From: Patescibacteria group bacterium
GTDB lineage: Bacteria; Patescibacteriota; Patescibacteriia; Buchananbacterales; UBA6539
Direction of reading: 5' to 3'
NCBI GenBank assembly: GCA_041662625.1
Contig: JBAZSB010000001.1
Span: 310,467-374,466 of the forward strand
Length of the DNA stretch: 64,000 nucleotides
A model generated the notes under the pieces. It had not been told where the DNA came from. It saw nothing but the letters and a program-made list of their open reading frames with translations, and did no database searches. This document shows, piece after piece, positions 39,898-49,067 of this stretch. A program made the position numbers and the translations under genes. Every line of letters starts with the position of its first letter. Positions within the stretch are counted from its first letter, which is position 1.

Positions 39898-40521
39898 ATG
39901 TTTCGAGCCAAAGAAAAAAACCAAAGCCACGGCTTCACTTTAATAGAAGCGATGGTAACAATCGGAATATTTCTAGTCAGCTTAAGCGCTGTAACCCTTT
40001 TTGTCACCCAGGGTTTCAAAGTTAACCGGTTTGCGATTCAACAGAGTGACGCCATTAACTATGCTCGTAAAGGAATTGACATTATGATCAAAGAAATTAG
40101 AGAAGCCTCACCCGCAGAAAATGGCAGCTATCCGATTGTTACCGCCCAAAATCAGACCCTTACTTTTTATAGCGATATTGACCAAGACGAATTAGTAGAA
40201 AGAGTAAGATATTTCTTGGACGGGGTTAATTTAAAAAAAGCCGTTTCAAAACCTAGTGGGTTTCCTCCGGTCTATTCCATTGAAGAACAGATAAGCACTC
40301 TATCGGAATACGTCCGAAACGATACTGACCCAATTTTTTATTATTATAATAAGGATTTTCCAACTGACACTGAAAATAATCCGTTGCCTCAGCCCATAGC
40401 GATAAACGAGGTAAGATTGATCAGAATTTTTTTAAAAATAAATGTTGACCCTGCCTATGCCCCGGCCGATTTTGTTTTAATTTCCAACAGCCAGCTAAGA
40501 AATCTTAAAGATAATCTATAG
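39898..40521 (+). CDS. minor pilin / pseudopilin (prepilin-type N-terminus)
   Basis: MFRAKEKNQSHG^FTLIEAMVTIGIFLVSLSAV; Glu at +5. Confidence 0.65.
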   Translation: MFRAKEKNQSHGFTLIEAMVTIGIFLVSLSAVTLFVTQGFKVNRFAIQQSDAINYARKGIDIMIKEIREASPAENGSYPIVTAQNQTLTFYSDIDQDELVERVRYFLDGVNLKKAVSKPSGFPPVYSIEEQISTLSEYVRNDTDPIFYYYNKDFPTDTENNPLPQPIAINEVRLIRIFLKINVDPAYAPADFVLISNSQLRNLKDNL

Positions 40522-41946
40522 ATGAAAAATTCTAAACAAACGCCAAAAATTAATTTGGTTAGTAAGGAAAGAGGTGGTATACTAATAATGACGTTAGTTT
40601 TTGTAACTGTTTTTTTAATTATTGCAATTGGTCTTCTGAGTTTGATTAATCAGCAGACAAAATTAGGCGAGCAACGCCAAGCCTTATCGGAGGCCATCCA
40701 GATTGCTGAAGCCGGCGTAAATTATTACCGTTGGCACCTAGCGCATGATTTAGAGGATTATGCTGATGATACCGGCCAAACCGGCTGCTACCCCTGCGGA
40801 CCTTATACTCATGAGTACTACGACCCCTCTAGCGGCTTAGTTGGTTATTTTAGTTTAACTATCACCCCACCTGCCCCCACTTACCCTGGCTCAACAATCG
40901 TCAAAATCAAATCAGTTGGCTGGACCACAAAATATCCCAATTCAAAAAGAGAAGTGGCAGTAAGGCTGGGCTTACCGTCGCTAGCCAGATTTACCACTGT
41001 TGTCCATAACAATCTAAATTACGGCGTCGGTTCGGAAACCTTCGGCCCGGTTCATTCCAATGGCGGCATTAGATTTGATGGCATTGCCCATAATATTGTC
41101 AGTAGTGCCTTGGAAGAATATTGGTATGGCGGCAGCTATGGCTGGCGCGATGGAGTTTGGACATCACTAGCCAATGAAGATGAGGTATTTTTAGCCGGCA
41201 AAGAATTCCCGGCGCCAACGGTTGACTTCGGCAGTTTCACCCAAAGTTTAAATACGATGGAAACTTATGCCACTTCAGATGGTGTATTATTAGAACCATC
41301 CGGATATCAAGGGTATCATATTCAATTTTTGGGTGATGGTAATTTCCAGTACCGAATAGTTGAAAGCAAAACTTCGACTTGCAATGATGAAGACACCGGG
41401 GGCATTGCCACCTATTACGGTGATTGGCAAACCGTTGCTATACCGGACAATGGCTTAATCTTTGCTAAAGATAATTTATGGGTTGACGGCACGGTTAATG
41501 GCAGTCGGGTAACTTTAGTAGCCGCCGAAGATCCCCTAGATACCGGCGAAGCAGATATTTTTCTGAATAACGATCTATTATATACTGATAAAAATGGTTT
41601 GGATGTTATCGGTTTAATTGCCCAAAGGAATGTAGTTATTGGCTTGTATAGCGAAGATGATTTAGAAATTGACGCCGTTTGTATCGCTAAAAATGGCAAG
41701 CGCTTTAGGCCTGATTACGGTTCCACTATGCAATGCGGGTCAAGTGTCTTAAGAGATGAATTCCTTTTGTACGGATCAACAATTAGCTATTTAACTCCCT
41801 ACATGAACAGCGGCTCAAGCGGGTATGAAAATCGCAGTTATATCTATGACCCTAATACGCTTTATGCTCCCCCGCCCTTTTTCCCAACCAGCGGTGAATA
41901 CGAATTTATCCTCTGGGAAGAAGTTTTAGAAGGAGAAACATACTAA
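40522..41946 (+). CDS. PilX-N-like pilus-associated protein (large, uncleaved hydrophobic N-terminus)
   Basis: KERGGILIMTLVFVTVFLIIAIGLLSL resembles the PilX_N domain; 474 aa; no G/FxxxE cleavage motif. Confidence 0.45.
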   Translation: MKNSKQTPKINLVSKERGGILIMTLVFVTVFLIIAIGLLSLINQQTKLGEQRQALSEAIQIAEAGVNYYRWHLAHDLEDYADDTGQTGCYPCGPYTHEYYDPSSGLVGYFSLTITPPAPTYPGSTIVKIKSVGWTTKYPNSKREVAVRLGLPSLARFTTVVHNNLNYGVGSETFGPVHSNGGIRFDGIAHNIVSSALEEYWYGGSYGWRDGVWTSLANEDEVFLAGKEFPAPTVDFGSFTQSLNTMETYATSDGVLLEPSGYQGYHIQFLGDGNFQYRIVESKTSTCNDEDTGGIATYYGDWQTVAIPDNGLIFAKDNLWVDGTVNGSRVTLVAAEDPLDTGEADIFLNNDLLYTDKNGLDVIGLIAQRNVVIGLYSEDDLEIDAVCIAKNGKRFRPDYGSTMQCGSSVLRDEFLLYGSTISYLTPYMNSGSSGYENRSYIYDPNTLYAPPPFFPTSGEYEFILWEEVLEGETY

Positions 41947-41957
41947 AAAATATTTTT

Positions 41958-43013
41958 ATGGAAATTGAGTCATCAAAAAATATCTTCGGCCTAGATATCA
42001 GCCAAAATTGTGTGCGCCTGATCCAGTTAAAAAGGAAAAATAAAGATTTTTCCATTAAATCTTTTAATGAGGTAAGGCTGGCTGATGGAACCATTGTTAA
42101 TGGCGAAATAAAAAATCAGGATAAAATGACAGAGGCCGTTAAAAAATTGGTTAAAACTGTCCAAGGAGACAAGATAAAAACTAAAAATCTTGTCGCCGTT
42201 TTACCTGAACCAAAAACTTTCATTAAAGTAATAGAAATAGTAATTAAAAATGAAAAAGATAACATAACGAAGTTGGTTCAGGAAGAAATAAAAAATCATA
42301 TTCCTTTAGAGGCTGAGGATATCTACTTCGATTGGCAGATTTTAAGCCAAAATAACAATCAGACAAAAATTATAGTGGCGGCAATCCCAAAAGTAATATC
42401 AGACTCTTACTTTGATACTTTAACCAAGGCCGGTTTTATTCCAATCGCTTTAGAAGTTGAAGCCATCGCCATTGCCCGAGCTTTGATCAAAGAAAAAGAA
42501 GAGGACCCCAAAAAAGCTAAAATTATCATTGATTTTGGGGCAACGAGAACCAGCTTAATTATCTACGACCACAAAGCAGTTCAATTCACTGTCAGTTTAC
42601 CAATTTCCGGTGATAAAATTACCGAAACAATTTCTAACACTCTTAGCCTTGATGCCCAAAAGGCGGAAGAAGCAAAAATTGTCTGCGGTTTAGACCAAAA
42701 AAAATGTGAAGGGGCAATATTCAAAATACTTGTAGCCTCAATTAATAATCTGGCTGACCAAATTAAAAAATCAATTATTTTTTACAAAACAAACTTTGTC
42801 GATAGCAATGACATAGCTGGAATTATAATTTGCGGCGGCGGGGCAAACTTGTCCCAAATTGATAAAATATTAACGGAGGCACTTCAAATCCCAACCGCAA
42901 TTGCTAATCCCTTAATCAACCTCGGTAAACAAAAAGGATTAAATATGCCAGCTGACAAATTGCTGTCTTATGCGACGGCTATTGGTCTAGCTTTAAGAAA
43001 TTGGCAAAAATAG
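41958..43013 (+). CDS. pilM: type IV pilus assembly protein PilM (actin-like ATPase fold)
   Basis: 351 aa; FtsA/PilM-like pattern; position upstream of pilN/pilO. Confidence 0.7.
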   Translation: MEIESSKNIFGLDISQNCVRLIQLKRKNKDFSIKSFNEVRLADGTIVNGEIKNQDKMTEAVKKLVKTVQGDKIKTKNLVAVLPEPKTFIKVIEIVIKNEKDNITKLVQEEIKNHIPLEAEDIYFDWQILSQNNNQTKIIVAAIPKVISDSYFDTLTKAGFIPIALEVEAIAIARALIKEKEEDPKKAKIIIDFGATRTSLIIYDHKAVQFTVSLPISGDKITETISNTLSLDAQKAEEAKIVCGLDQKKCEGAIFKILVASINNLADQIKKSIIFYKTNFVDSNDIAGIIICGGGANLSQIDKILTEALQIPTAIANPLINLGKQKGLNMPADKLLSYATAIGLALRNWQK

Positions 43014-43558
43014 AAATGATTACTTTGAATTTAATTTCACCTGAACAAAAAAAAGAACTCGGACTACGCCGGTTTTATATTTTGATCAAAAACTTAACTA
43101 TTATTTTCTTACTTTTTACTACCATTTTAGCAATTATCATGTTAATTGCTAAAATGATTATCCAGAATAATTTCAATAAAGTTGTTAATGATTATTCTTT
43201 GACTACAAGATACAGTCGAATTGTTAATTATGAAATGGAAAATTTTGATAAGCAACTGAACTTTATAGTAAATGTTCAAAATGACTACATCCCCTGGACT
43301 AATTTTATTGCCAGTTTTATCAATTCTGTCCCACCAGAAATTAATCTCTATAGTGTTGATTTGGGAAAGACAGATAGCCAAATGAAAATTAATGGCTTTG
43401 CCCAAAATCGGGATGACCTCTTAAAATTCAAAGGTAATCTAGAAAACCTGCCACTTCTATCGGAAATAAATGTACCAATGGGAAACCTCCTAAAAAAAGA
43501 AAGTATTGAATTCGAAATTGAAGCAAAAATCAACTTAGAAGAATTGAAAAAACTATGA
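43001..43558 (+). CDS. pilN: PilN-like bitopic membrane protein
   Basis: Short cytoplasmic N-terminus, one TM (IIFLLFTTILAIIMLIA), periplasmic coiled-coil domain; overlaps the pilM stop. Confidence 0.55.
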   Translation: MAKIEMITLNLISPEQKKELGLRRFYILIKNLTIIFLLFTTILAIIMLIAKMIIQNNFNKVVNDYSLTTRYSRIVNYEMENFDKQLNFIVNVQNDYIPWTNFIASFINSVPPEINLYSVDLGKTDSQMKINGFAQNRDDLLKFKGNLENLPLLSEINVPMGNLLKKESIEFEIEAKINLEELKKL

Positions 43559-44091
43559 GCCTAAAACTGAAAACTGCTATTATTGTATCACTAAATATCC
43601 TACTTATTATAGTAATTTCTTTGGTTATTATTTTACCAATCACTCGAGATATTAAAAAAATTGGTGATGCAATCTACAAAGAAAGAGTTGATTTGGAAAA
43701 AAAATATTTAAGAGGCCAATTATTGAAAAAAACAGTCAGCGATTTTGAAAAAATAAAACCTCAAAAAGACAGATTGAATGCTATTTTTATTATTGAAGGT
43801 GAGGAACTAAAATTTGTTTCTAGGCTGGAAGAAATTGCCAGTTTAAATAATGTCCGCCAAACTATTGAGCTAGATACAAAAAATTCTGAGATTCAGGAAG
43901 GAATAAAGATATTACCTTTAAAAATAACAACCCAGGGTAATTTTGTATCAATAATGAAATACCTAACTGATTTGGAACAACTCAATTATTATTTTAATAT
44001 TTATTCAGTCAGAATAGGAACGGAAAAAGATTTAATTATTGCTACTTTAGATGGTAAAATTTTCAGCCAGGGTAAAGAGGAAATAAAATAA
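43555..44091 (+). CDS. pilO: PilO-like bitopic membrane protein
   Basis: One TM then coiled-coil/ferredoxin-like C-domain; overlaps the pilN stop. Confidence 0.5.
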   Translation: MSLKLKTAIIVSLNILLIIVISLVIILPITRDIKKIGDAIYKERVDLEKKYLRGQLLKKTVSDFEKIKPQKDRLNAIFIIEGEELKFVSRLEEIASLNNVRQTIELDTKNSEIQEGIKILPLKITTQGNFVSIMKYLTDLEQLNYYFNIYSVRIGTEKDLIIATLDGKIFSQGKEEIK

Positions 44092-44096
44092 ACAAC

Positions 44097-44414
44097 ATGA
44101 AATTAAAACTTGCAAAAATAGCCACCTCTTCAAAAACTATCACCCTGATAGTAACCTTGATTTTTATTATTATTTTAGGGTATTTCGGCGGATTTTTATA
44201 TAAAAATATTTATCAAACCATTACTCAATCCCAGGAAATTATCGTTATGAGGGCAGAAGTTTCCCCCTATGCAATTAACATCGAAAAATTTAATGATATC
44301 TTAACAGCAATTGACAAAAAAAGTACCGCTACAAATACTCCCGCTTGGCAAGAGATGAGGAACCCTTTTGGTTTTACTTCAATTAATCGGCCAACGACCG
44401 GCGGAATAGATTAA
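44097..44414 (+). CDS. small single-TM protein, last gene of the pilus operon (PilP-like?)
   Basis: 105 aa, one TM segment. Confidence 0.3.
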   Translation: MKLKLAKIATSSKTITLIVTLIFIIILGYFGGFLYKNIYQTITQSQEIIVMRAEVSPYAINIEKFNDILTAIDKKSTATNTPAWQEMRNPFGFTSINRPTTGGID

Positions 44415-44449
44415 AAAAAGTCTATAAAGCTCTTCTAGCTTACTTACTT

Positions 44450-44476
44450 AAAACCGAGGTCTATACCTCGGTTTTA
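44450..44476. terminator. bidirectional intrinsic terminator between the pilus operon and iscS
   Basis: AAAACCGAGGT-ctata-CCTCGGTTTT. Confidence 0.7.
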
Positions 44477-44497
44477 AGTACGAATTTTTATCACTAA

Positions 44498-45667
44498 TTA
44501 TTTTATTGGCGATATCATCCTTAATTTAGCCACAATCCTCGGTAAAACCTCCAATAAATAATCAACATCTTTTTCTGTATTGAATTTACCCAAAGTTATC
44601 CTTAAACTGCCATGAGCCAACAGCGGATCCATGCCTAGACTCATAAGGACATGAGATGGCTCCAATGAGCCAGAAGAGCAGGCCGAACCGGTAGAAACGG
44701 CAATCCCTTCTTGGTCTAAAAGTAAAAGCATACTTTCACCTTCTACCCCCTTAAAACTAAAGTGGGCATTGCTTGGGACTCGTTTTTCTAAATCACCATT
44801 AACTTGGGTATTAGGAATATTTTTCAAAACGCCAGCAATTAATTTATCACTTAATTTTTTTATTTTCTTATTACTTTCTTGATCTTGAGTGATAAGTTCG
44901 ACTGCCTTCCCTAGGCCAATGATACCGGGCACATTTAAAGTGCCAGGGCGCAAACCTTTTTCCTGATGGCCGCCAAATTGAATTGGGCTAAGTGGCGTAC
45001 CAGCCCTTTTATACAAAACCCCGATACCTTTTGGTCCATAAATTTTATGACCGGACAAAGATAATAAATCAACCCCCAATTTGTCAACATTCATCTCACA
45101 ATAATTAGCAGCTTGGACCGCGTCAGTATGAAAATAAATTCTGTTTTCTGATTTCCGTTTTCTGTTTTCTTCCTTTACCAATTCTCCAATTTCAACAATT
45201 GACTGAATAGTTCCGATCTCATTATTAACATACATAACTGAAATCAAACGGGTATTCTCTTTAATCGCCTGTTTGATATCATCAACGGAAACTAAACCTT
45301 TATTGCTCACGCCAATATAAGTAACTTCCACGCCTCTTTTTTCCATCTCCCGGCAGGGCTCCAAAATGGCCGGATGTTCAATTCTAGTAGTAATAATATG
45401 TTCGCCTGGCTTGGCTAAACCCAAAATCACAAGATTATCACTTTCAGTCGCTCCAGAAGTGAAAAAGACTTCACTAGTCTTACTCCCTAAAAAATCAGCA
45501 ACGATTTCTCTGGCTTCATCCACTTTTGCCATAGCTGTTTGGCCGTGAATATGAATTGACGAAGCATTACCAAAAGTTTCAGAAAAATAAGGCAACATTT
45601 CTTTAAGAACCTGGGGGGCCACCGGAGTAGTGGCTGAATGGTCAAAGTAGATTTTTTGGTTAGACAT
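44498..45667 (-). CDS. iscS: cysteine desulfurase IscS/NifS
   Basis: PLP-lysine motif SGHKIYGPKGIGVLY; active Cys near the C-terminus (GSACSSGS). Confidence 0.85.
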   Translation of the reverse strand: MSNQKIYFDHSATTPVAPQVLKEMLPYFSETFGNASSIHIHGQTAMAKVDEAREIVADFLGSKTSEVFFTSGATESDNLVILGLAKPGEHIITTRIEHPAILEPCREMEKRGVEVTYIGVSNKGLVSVDDIKQAIKENTRLISVMYVNNEIGTIQSIVEIGELVKEENRKRKSENRIYFHTDAVQAANYCEMNVDKLGVDLLSLSGHKIYGPKGIGVLYKRAGTPLSPIQFGGHQEKGLRPGTLNVPGIIGLGKAVELITQDQESNKKIKKLSDKLIAGVLKNIPNTQVNGDLEKRVPSNAHFSFKGVEGESMLLLLDQEGIAVSTGSACSSGSLEPSHVLMSLGMDPLLAHGSLRITLGKFNTEKDVDYLLEVLPRIVAKLRMISPIK

Positions 45668-45760
45668 AACAATTTAAGTTAATAAAGTTAATAGAGCAAT
45701 AAAGCGATAAGGTGCCGAAAACTTCATTACTTTATTAACTTTATCGCTTTATCTCTTAAT

Positions 45761-45985
45761 TTAAACGGCCTCAATATCTTTAACACCCTTAACCTTACTC
45801 TTTAAAACCCGGCCAATACCATCTTGCAAAGTCATCTGTGACATTGGACAACCAGCGCAAGCCCCTTGGAGTTTAAGCTTGACTATACCTTTCTTTTCAT
45901 CAACATCAATTAGTTCTACATCGCCGCCATCGGCTTGAAGGGTAGGCCTTATTTCATCTAGAATTTTTTTTACTTCGTCTTTCAT
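45761..45985 (-). CDS. NifU-like (Nfu C-terminal-type) Fe-S assembly protein
   Basis: CAGCPMS CxxC motif; 74 aa. Confidence 0.65.
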   Translation of the reverse strand: MKDEVKKILDEIRPTLQADGGDVELIDVDEKKGIVKLKLQGACAGCPMSQMTLQDGIGRVLKSKVKGVKDIEAV

Positions 45986-45996
45986 AGTTAGTTATA

Positions 45997-46072
45997 GAAT
46001 TAAGAATCATGAATCAAGAATTAAGGTTGCTTGGTAGTACTTCCTTGATTCTTGATTCTTACTTCTTGATTC
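45997..46072. repeat. intergenic palindromic tandem-repeat hairpin, GAATCAAG type, loop core TTAAGGTTGCTTGG
   Basis: gaattaagaatcatgaatcaagaattaaggttgcttggtagtacttccttgattcttgattcttacttcttgattc between the iscU stop and the nfu start. Confidence 0.7.
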
Positions 46073-46517
46073 AATCTTCGGTAATCTTATAATCCTTAAT
46101 TTCCGGATATTGATCCAGCACCCTCTCTTTTTCTAGATAATTCCTGATTGCCACTTTCAAAGCATCGGAAGCTAAAACTGAACAATGTAGTTTAACTGGC
46201 GGCAATTCACCAAGGCCTTTGACAATATCTTTTTTTTCCAAAATCCAAGCTTCTTTTAAAGTTTTACCTTTGACCATATCGGTTGAAATTGAAGAACAGG
46301 CAATCGCTGCGGCACAACCTAAGGTTTCAAACTTAACGTCTGAAATCACGTCTTCCAATCGGTTGACAGTTGACGACGGGTGATCAACCTTTAAATAAAT
46401 TTTCATCATATCCCCGCATAAAGGGTTACCGACTTCACCAATCGCGTCAGCGTCAGCAATTTGACCCTGGTTATGGGGATTTTGGAAATGATCCATTACT
46501 TTTTTAGAATATGGCAT
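46071..46517 (-). CDS. iscU: Fe-S cluster scaffold IscU/NifU N-terminal-type
   Basis: NPLCGD, ...GCAAAIACSS conserved Cys ligands. Confidence 0.8.
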   Translation of the reverse strand: MPYSKKVMDHFQNPHNQGQIADADAIGEVGNPLCGDMMKIYLKVDHPSSTVNRLEDVISDVKFETLGCAAAIACSSISTDMVKGKTLKEAWILEKKDIVKGLGELPPVKLHCSVLASDALKVAIRNYLEKERVLDQYPEIKDYKITED

Positions 46518-46547
46518 AAGCTTAAATTAGAAATTCATAATTAAAAA

Positions 46548-46946
46548 TTAAATCAAATCTTTCAAAGTCATTGATTTTAAACTGTCAGTAATCGCTTTTT
46601 GGACTTTTTGATAGACTTTAGCTGACGGACAAGCCTTAACCCCGCAAAAAACCCGACCATTCACGCCCAGACAATGAAAGACCGAGATTTGTCCTTCTAA
46701 AGCCTCTATAACGCTAAAAACGCTGATTTTTGAAGGGTTTCTGGCCAATTGATAGCCACCAGCCATTCCTTTCGAGCTAAGCACTAAATCGGCCTTTTTT
46801 AAACGAGAAAAAAGTCGTTCCAAATAGGCCTGGGAGATCTTTTCGGCTTTAGCCATTTTAGCTAAAGAATAAGGTCCCTGGGCGTAATTTTTAGCTAAAT
46901 GGATTATTGCCCTTAAGCCATAAGATGATCTGGTGGAAAATTTCAT
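46548..46946 (-). CDS. iscR: Rrf2-family transcriptional regulator (IscR-like)
   Basis: MKFSTRSSYGLRAIIHLA Rrf2 HTH; three Cys (CLGVNGRVFCGVKAC) consistent with a cluster-binding IscR. Confidence 0.7.
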   Translation of the reverse strand: MKFSTRSSYGLRAIIHLAKNYAQGPYSLAKMAKAEKISQAYLERLFSRLKKADLVLSSKGMAGGYQLARNPSKISVFSVIEALEGQISVFHCLGVNGRVFCGVKACPSAKVYQKVQKAITDSLKSMTLKDLI

Positions 46947-47031
46947 ATATTAAATTGGCTAAAATCGGGCAAGACCAGAGGGTGGACTGAATTAACTAGA
47001 TTAGATTCCCACCCTCCTCTCGCCACACTTA

Positions 47032-47082
47032 TTAGCAACCGCAGCCGGGGCCGCAGTTACTACAGCACGAACAATTGTCCAT
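47032..47082 (-). CDS. 16-codon Cys-rich leader ORF MDNCSCCSNCGPGCGC (7 Cys) upstream of iscR
   Basis: ATG at 47082-47080, double stop TAATAA at 47034-47029; preceded by promoter TTGACA(47160-47155)-16nt-TAAAAT(47138-47133); followed by an 8-bp-stem hairpin GAGGGTGG...CCACCCTC (46977-47017) before the iscR start at 46946. Confidence 0.3.
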   Translation of the reverse strand: MDNCSCCSNCGPGCGC

Positions 47083-47132
47083 ATATTGAGCGCTTAATTA
47101 TTAATACCAACCATTTTAGTCGGTATTTATTA

Positions 47133-47160
47133 ATTTTAGCAAATAAAAAAAGTCTGTCAA
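47133..47160 (-). promoter_or_regulatory. sigma70-like promoter for the Cys-rich leader and the isc operon
   Basis: TTGACA-16nt-TAAAAT on minus strand; overlapped by one copy of a CAAGACC(C)CAGAGG direct repeat (second copy at 46967-46981). Confidence 0.4.
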
Positions 47161-47184
47161 GACCCCAGAGGATATAGCTAAAGA

Positions 47185-47790
47185 TTAATCGAAATTTTTA
47201 ATTAAAGTAATAGCTTCTTTAAGCTGCCTAGCTAAATTTTTTGACGGATCAAAGGTATACAAAAAAGGCCGATTTAAATTTTTATAAAGCGATTTTGTCC
47301 GATAATAATTTCTGACTGCTTGGTCACTATTTTCAAAAAGCCAGGTATGTTTGTAGTTTCGTAATTTTTTGATAATAAATTGCTCGGGTGGATTTACATG
47401 GAGCCAAATAATTTTTACTTTAAATCGATTTTTAATTTTTTTCAAATAAACTTGTGCCTCTTCTGAGGCGCAATTAGTATCTAAAGCAATGCTAAATCCT
47501 TGCTTTAAATACTTTAGTGCAACGGTAAAAACCATTTCTTTATTCCGATTGTAATTATAACCATTTTCCTTAAGCAGTTGCCTGATTTCATCGGCACTTA
47601 TCCGTAATAATGATAACTTATGACTTAACGGTTTAATAACAGTGGTTTTACCCGCACCAACTAGTCCAACTGGACAAATTATAATTTGTTTGCTTAATTT
47701 CTTCTTTGGTACAATTAATTTTTTTTCATAAACAACTAATAAATCTTTCAGCTTATTATCGGAAAGATTTTTTGGATCTTGGCCTTCCAT
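47185..47790 (-). CDS. P-loop kinase-like protein (AAA_33 / zeta-toxin-like fold), hypothetical
   Basis: Walker A GLVGAGKTTV. Confidence 0.4.
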   Translation of the reverse strand: MEGQDPKNLSDNKLKDLLVVYEKKLIVPKKKLSKQIIICPVGLVGAGKTTVIKPLSHKLSLLRISADEIRQLLKENGYNYNRNKEMVFTVALKYLKQGFSIALDTNCASEEAQVYLKKIKNRFKVKIIWLHVNPPEQFIIKKLRNYKHTWLFENSDQAVRNYYRTKSLYKNLNRPFLYTFDPSKNLARQLKEAITLIKNFD

Positions 47791-47793
47791 ATT

Positions 47794-48633
47794 CTATTCA
47801 TTGACAATAATGACTACTTTTCTCCCCTGCTCCATTTCTTGATCAGTCATACCCCCTGCCGCTAAAGTGTGATCCCAATCATGGATGGCAGCAATTAATT
47901 TTTGATATTTATAACGGTAACCTTCACCTTTTCTAGTTCCTGGGTCATTAGTAATAAACTCGCCTTTGTTATCGTCATAACCACGGATTACCAGCATGTG
48001 GTAAATCGGACCGGCTCCGGTAAAATTTGGATTGCCTAGTTGCCGACCGGCGGCCGGAACAATAATCAGCTGACCGGCTAAAAGTTGTTTCTTGATATTT
48101 TCCACCGAAACATCGGTTGTCGTTTTAGCCGAAACCGCAAAATAATTTTTTAAAATTGATGTGGCTTCATCGGCCGTAACATCAACCTGATAGCCGTTTT
48201 CCTCTTCCCATTTAACTAAATTCAAAATCCCCTGTTCCATAAGGTGCGGACTTAACGGCTCTTTTTTAAAATATTTTACCGCCATAATCATGGCCGCTTC
48301 TTCGCAGGCTTCTTCATGCAACGCATCCCAGTTAGAAAAAGGCGCCTGACTGGCAAACGCCACAGGATAATCTAAAAATTTAGGAATCTCATTATTCTCA
48401 ATAATCGGCGTAACGGGTTTAACCGGTTCAACTGGTTTAGGCTCGGTTTTCACCGTTGTAGTTGGTTTGATTGGCTCAACTGTCTTATTGGTCGAACTTG
48501 GCGTCGTTGTGGCTTGAACTTCCGGTAAAGAATTGTTCTGATTTAGTAAAGCAACCTCTGTCTGATTTTGGCAGGCGACTAACGTAAAAATTGATGCAAT
48601 TAGCAAAAAATGTTTTATTTTCATACTCTCCAA
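47794..48633 (-). CDS. lipoprotein with C39-like (papain-fold) peptidase domain
   Basis: Lipobox LVAC after signal peptide; Thr/Pro/Val-rich linker; C-terminal C39_2-like domain (conserved Cys in EEACEEAAMIMAVKYF, His in YHMLVIRGYDD). Confidence 0.45.
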   Translation of the reverse strand: MESMKIKHFLLIASIFTLVACQNQTEVALLNQNNSLPEVQATTTPSSTNKTVEPIKPTTTVKTEPKPVEPVKPVTPIIENNEIPKFLDYPVAFASQAPFSNWDALHEEACEEAAMIMAVKYFKKEPLSPHLMEQGILNLVKWEEENGYQVDVTADEATSILKNYFAVSAKTTTDVSVENIKKQLLAGQLIIVPAAGRQLGNPNFTGAGPIYHMLVIRGYDDNKGEFITNDPGTRKGEGYRYKYQKLIAAIHDWDHTLAAGGMTDQEMEQGRKVVIIVNE

Positions 48634-48723
48634 GTATATCCTAACCAGCCTTTCTTGACAATTCGGCCGCCATAAGCTATTATACTTCCATCCCTAATTT
48701 CTAATTCCTACTTCCTAAAAAAT

Positions 48724-49005
48724 ATGGCACATAAAAAAGCCGGCGGCTCAACTAGTTTAGGCCGGGATTCACAAGCGAAAAGATTAGGCACTAAACTCTA
48801 TGAAGGCCAGTTTGCCCAAGCAGGCAGTATTTTGATCCGCCAAAGAGGCACAAAAATTAGGCCAGGCCAAAATGTCAAAAGAGGCGAAGATGATACTTTA
48901 TATGCGGCAATTTCGGGACTGGTTAAATTTAACCGCAAAAAAATCAAAAAGTTTACCGGTAAATTAGAGTGGGCGCAGTTTGTCAACGTCATTGCTAAAA
49001 AATAG
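48724..49005 (+). CDS. rpmA: 50S ribosomal protein L27
   Basis: [24 protein letters not shown]...IRQRGTK...PGQNV; promoter TTGACA(48654)-17-TATTAT upstream. Confidence 0.85.
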   Translation: MAHKKAGGSTSLGRDSQAKRLGTKLYEGQFAQAGSILIRQRGTKIRPGQNVKRGEDDTLYAAISGLVKFNRKKIKKFTGKLEWAQFVNVIAKK

Positions 49006-49020
49006 CATTCATCAATAATA

Positions 49021-49051
49021 AAAAAAGGGCAATTGTATTGCCTCTTTTTTT
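49021..49051. terminator. bidirectional terminator between rpmA and pyrG
   Basis: AAAAAAGGGCAAT-tgt-ATTGCCTC-TTTTTTT. Confidence 0.6.
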
Positions 49052-49067
49052 ATTGAAAAATTTATTC

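Noticed and set aside
46960-47030. Possible tRNA-like structure around GGGTGGACTGAATTAACTAGATTAGATTCCCACCC
   Set aside because: No acceptor stem, D arm or T-loop (GTTCRANYC) could be aligned. It is interpreted as the hairpin following the Cys-rich leader ORF.
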